From UHGV virus genome UHGV-1858859: DNA of 44,515 nt; one strand, written 5' to 3'. This DNA comes from a virus. The notes under the pieces are model-generated. The model made no database searches and was not told the DNA's origin. It saw nothing but the letters and a program-made list of their open reading frames with translations. Shown piece after piece: positions 43,645 to 44,515 of the stretch; the first letter of the stretch is position 1; the number at the start of each line of letters is the position of its first letter. The position numbers were made by a program, and so were the translations under genes.

Positions 43645-44515
43645 ATGAGTGATTTGAGATTCCCTATGTCCCTTCGACCAATAGTGTCGAAAGGATACTC
43701 CCAAACGAGAGGGAGTAATATCTGGCGTACAGAAGTTCAGGGCGGTGTGCCTCGTCAGGGGCGTGATACATACTTTGAGCCAGTGCCGATTAGCGTTACG
43801 CTCGTCGTATCGTCGCTCGGGCGACAGGCGTTCTATAGCTTCCTGAACAACATAGACGGCGGTGCGTCTTCATTTATCATGCCGCACGATACGGGTTTAG
43901 GTCTCGAAGACCACCAGGTACTTATTACGTCGGACATTAGCGACAGCACCGACGATGGTAAAAACTGGGTAATTACTTTCACAGCAACCGCGGAGCGGAC
44001 TGCGATTCAGGAAGATACCTGCCTTACGAAGAATCTACCGGATTTGTATGGTTGCTACGGGGATTGTCTGGGTAGTTTCCTGAAAATATACGCGAACTAC
44101 GAAACTACGTTCCCGCGCATCTGGAGCAATGAAGGGCCTGCCGGGTATCCACCGATTAACCTTCTGGCGTCGACTCTTGATAGCCGCATTGTTTACGACG
44201 GGCCGCAGGTTTATTACATCAACCGCAACGGCAATCTTGTGCAGTCCGCCGCTAATGAATGGCCTCTTACGTTTATTGATGGGGTTGCTGTTGGACGTGT
44301 TCCGCCGGAATCCGCGTCCAGTAATATCCTGATTAAATCGTCGAAATTATCTGACGCATCGTGGACTAAAACTAGAGCAACAGTGTCGGATGCAGTTGAC
44401 GGATTTCTAAACGGTGGTACGTTCTCGCTAGTCCCGAACCAGACAAACGACAGCCATCTCGTATATCAATCGGTGTCTTCCGCTTTTGCGGAGGGTGATG
44501 TATACACTCTCAGTT
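43645..44515 (+). CDS. distal/minor tail protein, gpM-like N-terminus (3' end outside window)
   Basis: ATG 4 nt after the tape measure stop; frame open to the window end; N-terminal GYSQTRG ... ISVTLVVSS ... FYSFL loosely resembles lambda gpM. Confidence 0.5.
   Translation, partial: MSDLRFPMSLRPIVSKGYSQTRGSNIWRTEVQGGVPRQGRDTYFEPVPISVTLVVSSLGRQAFYSFLNNIDGGASSFIMPHDTGLGLEDHQVLITSDISDSTDDGKNWVITFTATAERTAIQEDTCLTKNLPDLYGCYGDCLGSFLKIYANYETTFPRIWSNEGPAGYPPINLLASTLDSRIVYDGPQVYYINRNGNLVQSAANEWPLTFIDGVAVGRVPPESASSNILIKSSKLSDASWTKTRATVSDAVDGFLNGGTFSLVPNQTNDSHLVYQSVSSAFAEGDVYTLS

Noticed and set aside
1-44515. CRISPR arrays or long tandem repeats
   Set aside because: No regularly spaced direct repeats with unique spacers were seen; the repeated elements found are promoter motifs and terminator hairpins.

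Overview
The window reads as most of the genome of a virulent tailed dsDNA phage of an enterobacterial host: a siphovirus-like tail module with a beta-helix tailspike, and no integrase seen. All protein calls come from reading motifs in the supplied translations, not from database searches. Layout: tail-tip and tailspike genes (1-6136, +); a leftward replication operon on the minus strand (6208-15404) with HNH-AP2 endonuclease, SNF2-type helicase, VRR-NUC nuclease, family A DNA polymerase, SSB-like protein and Cas4-like nuclease; a divergent regulatory region with an XRE-type HTH gene (15405-15744); a leftward primase/helicase operon (15762-18521); a rightward block of small, mostly translationally coupled early genes (18947-25145); holin and endolysin (22449-23488); then terS, terL, portal, head, neck and tail genes through tape measure (25425-44515). 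The strongest observations are (1) an intein in motif B of the DNA polymerase that carries an HNH endonuclease ORF in a different reading frame, (2) a truncated DnaN (beta-clamp)-like gene with its own promoter inside the head module, (3) a quasi-palindromic motif embedded in at least six sigma70-like promoters, and (4) a minus-strand cassette in the tail module encoding a superinfection-immunity-like membrane protein and an HTH-metallophosphoesterase.
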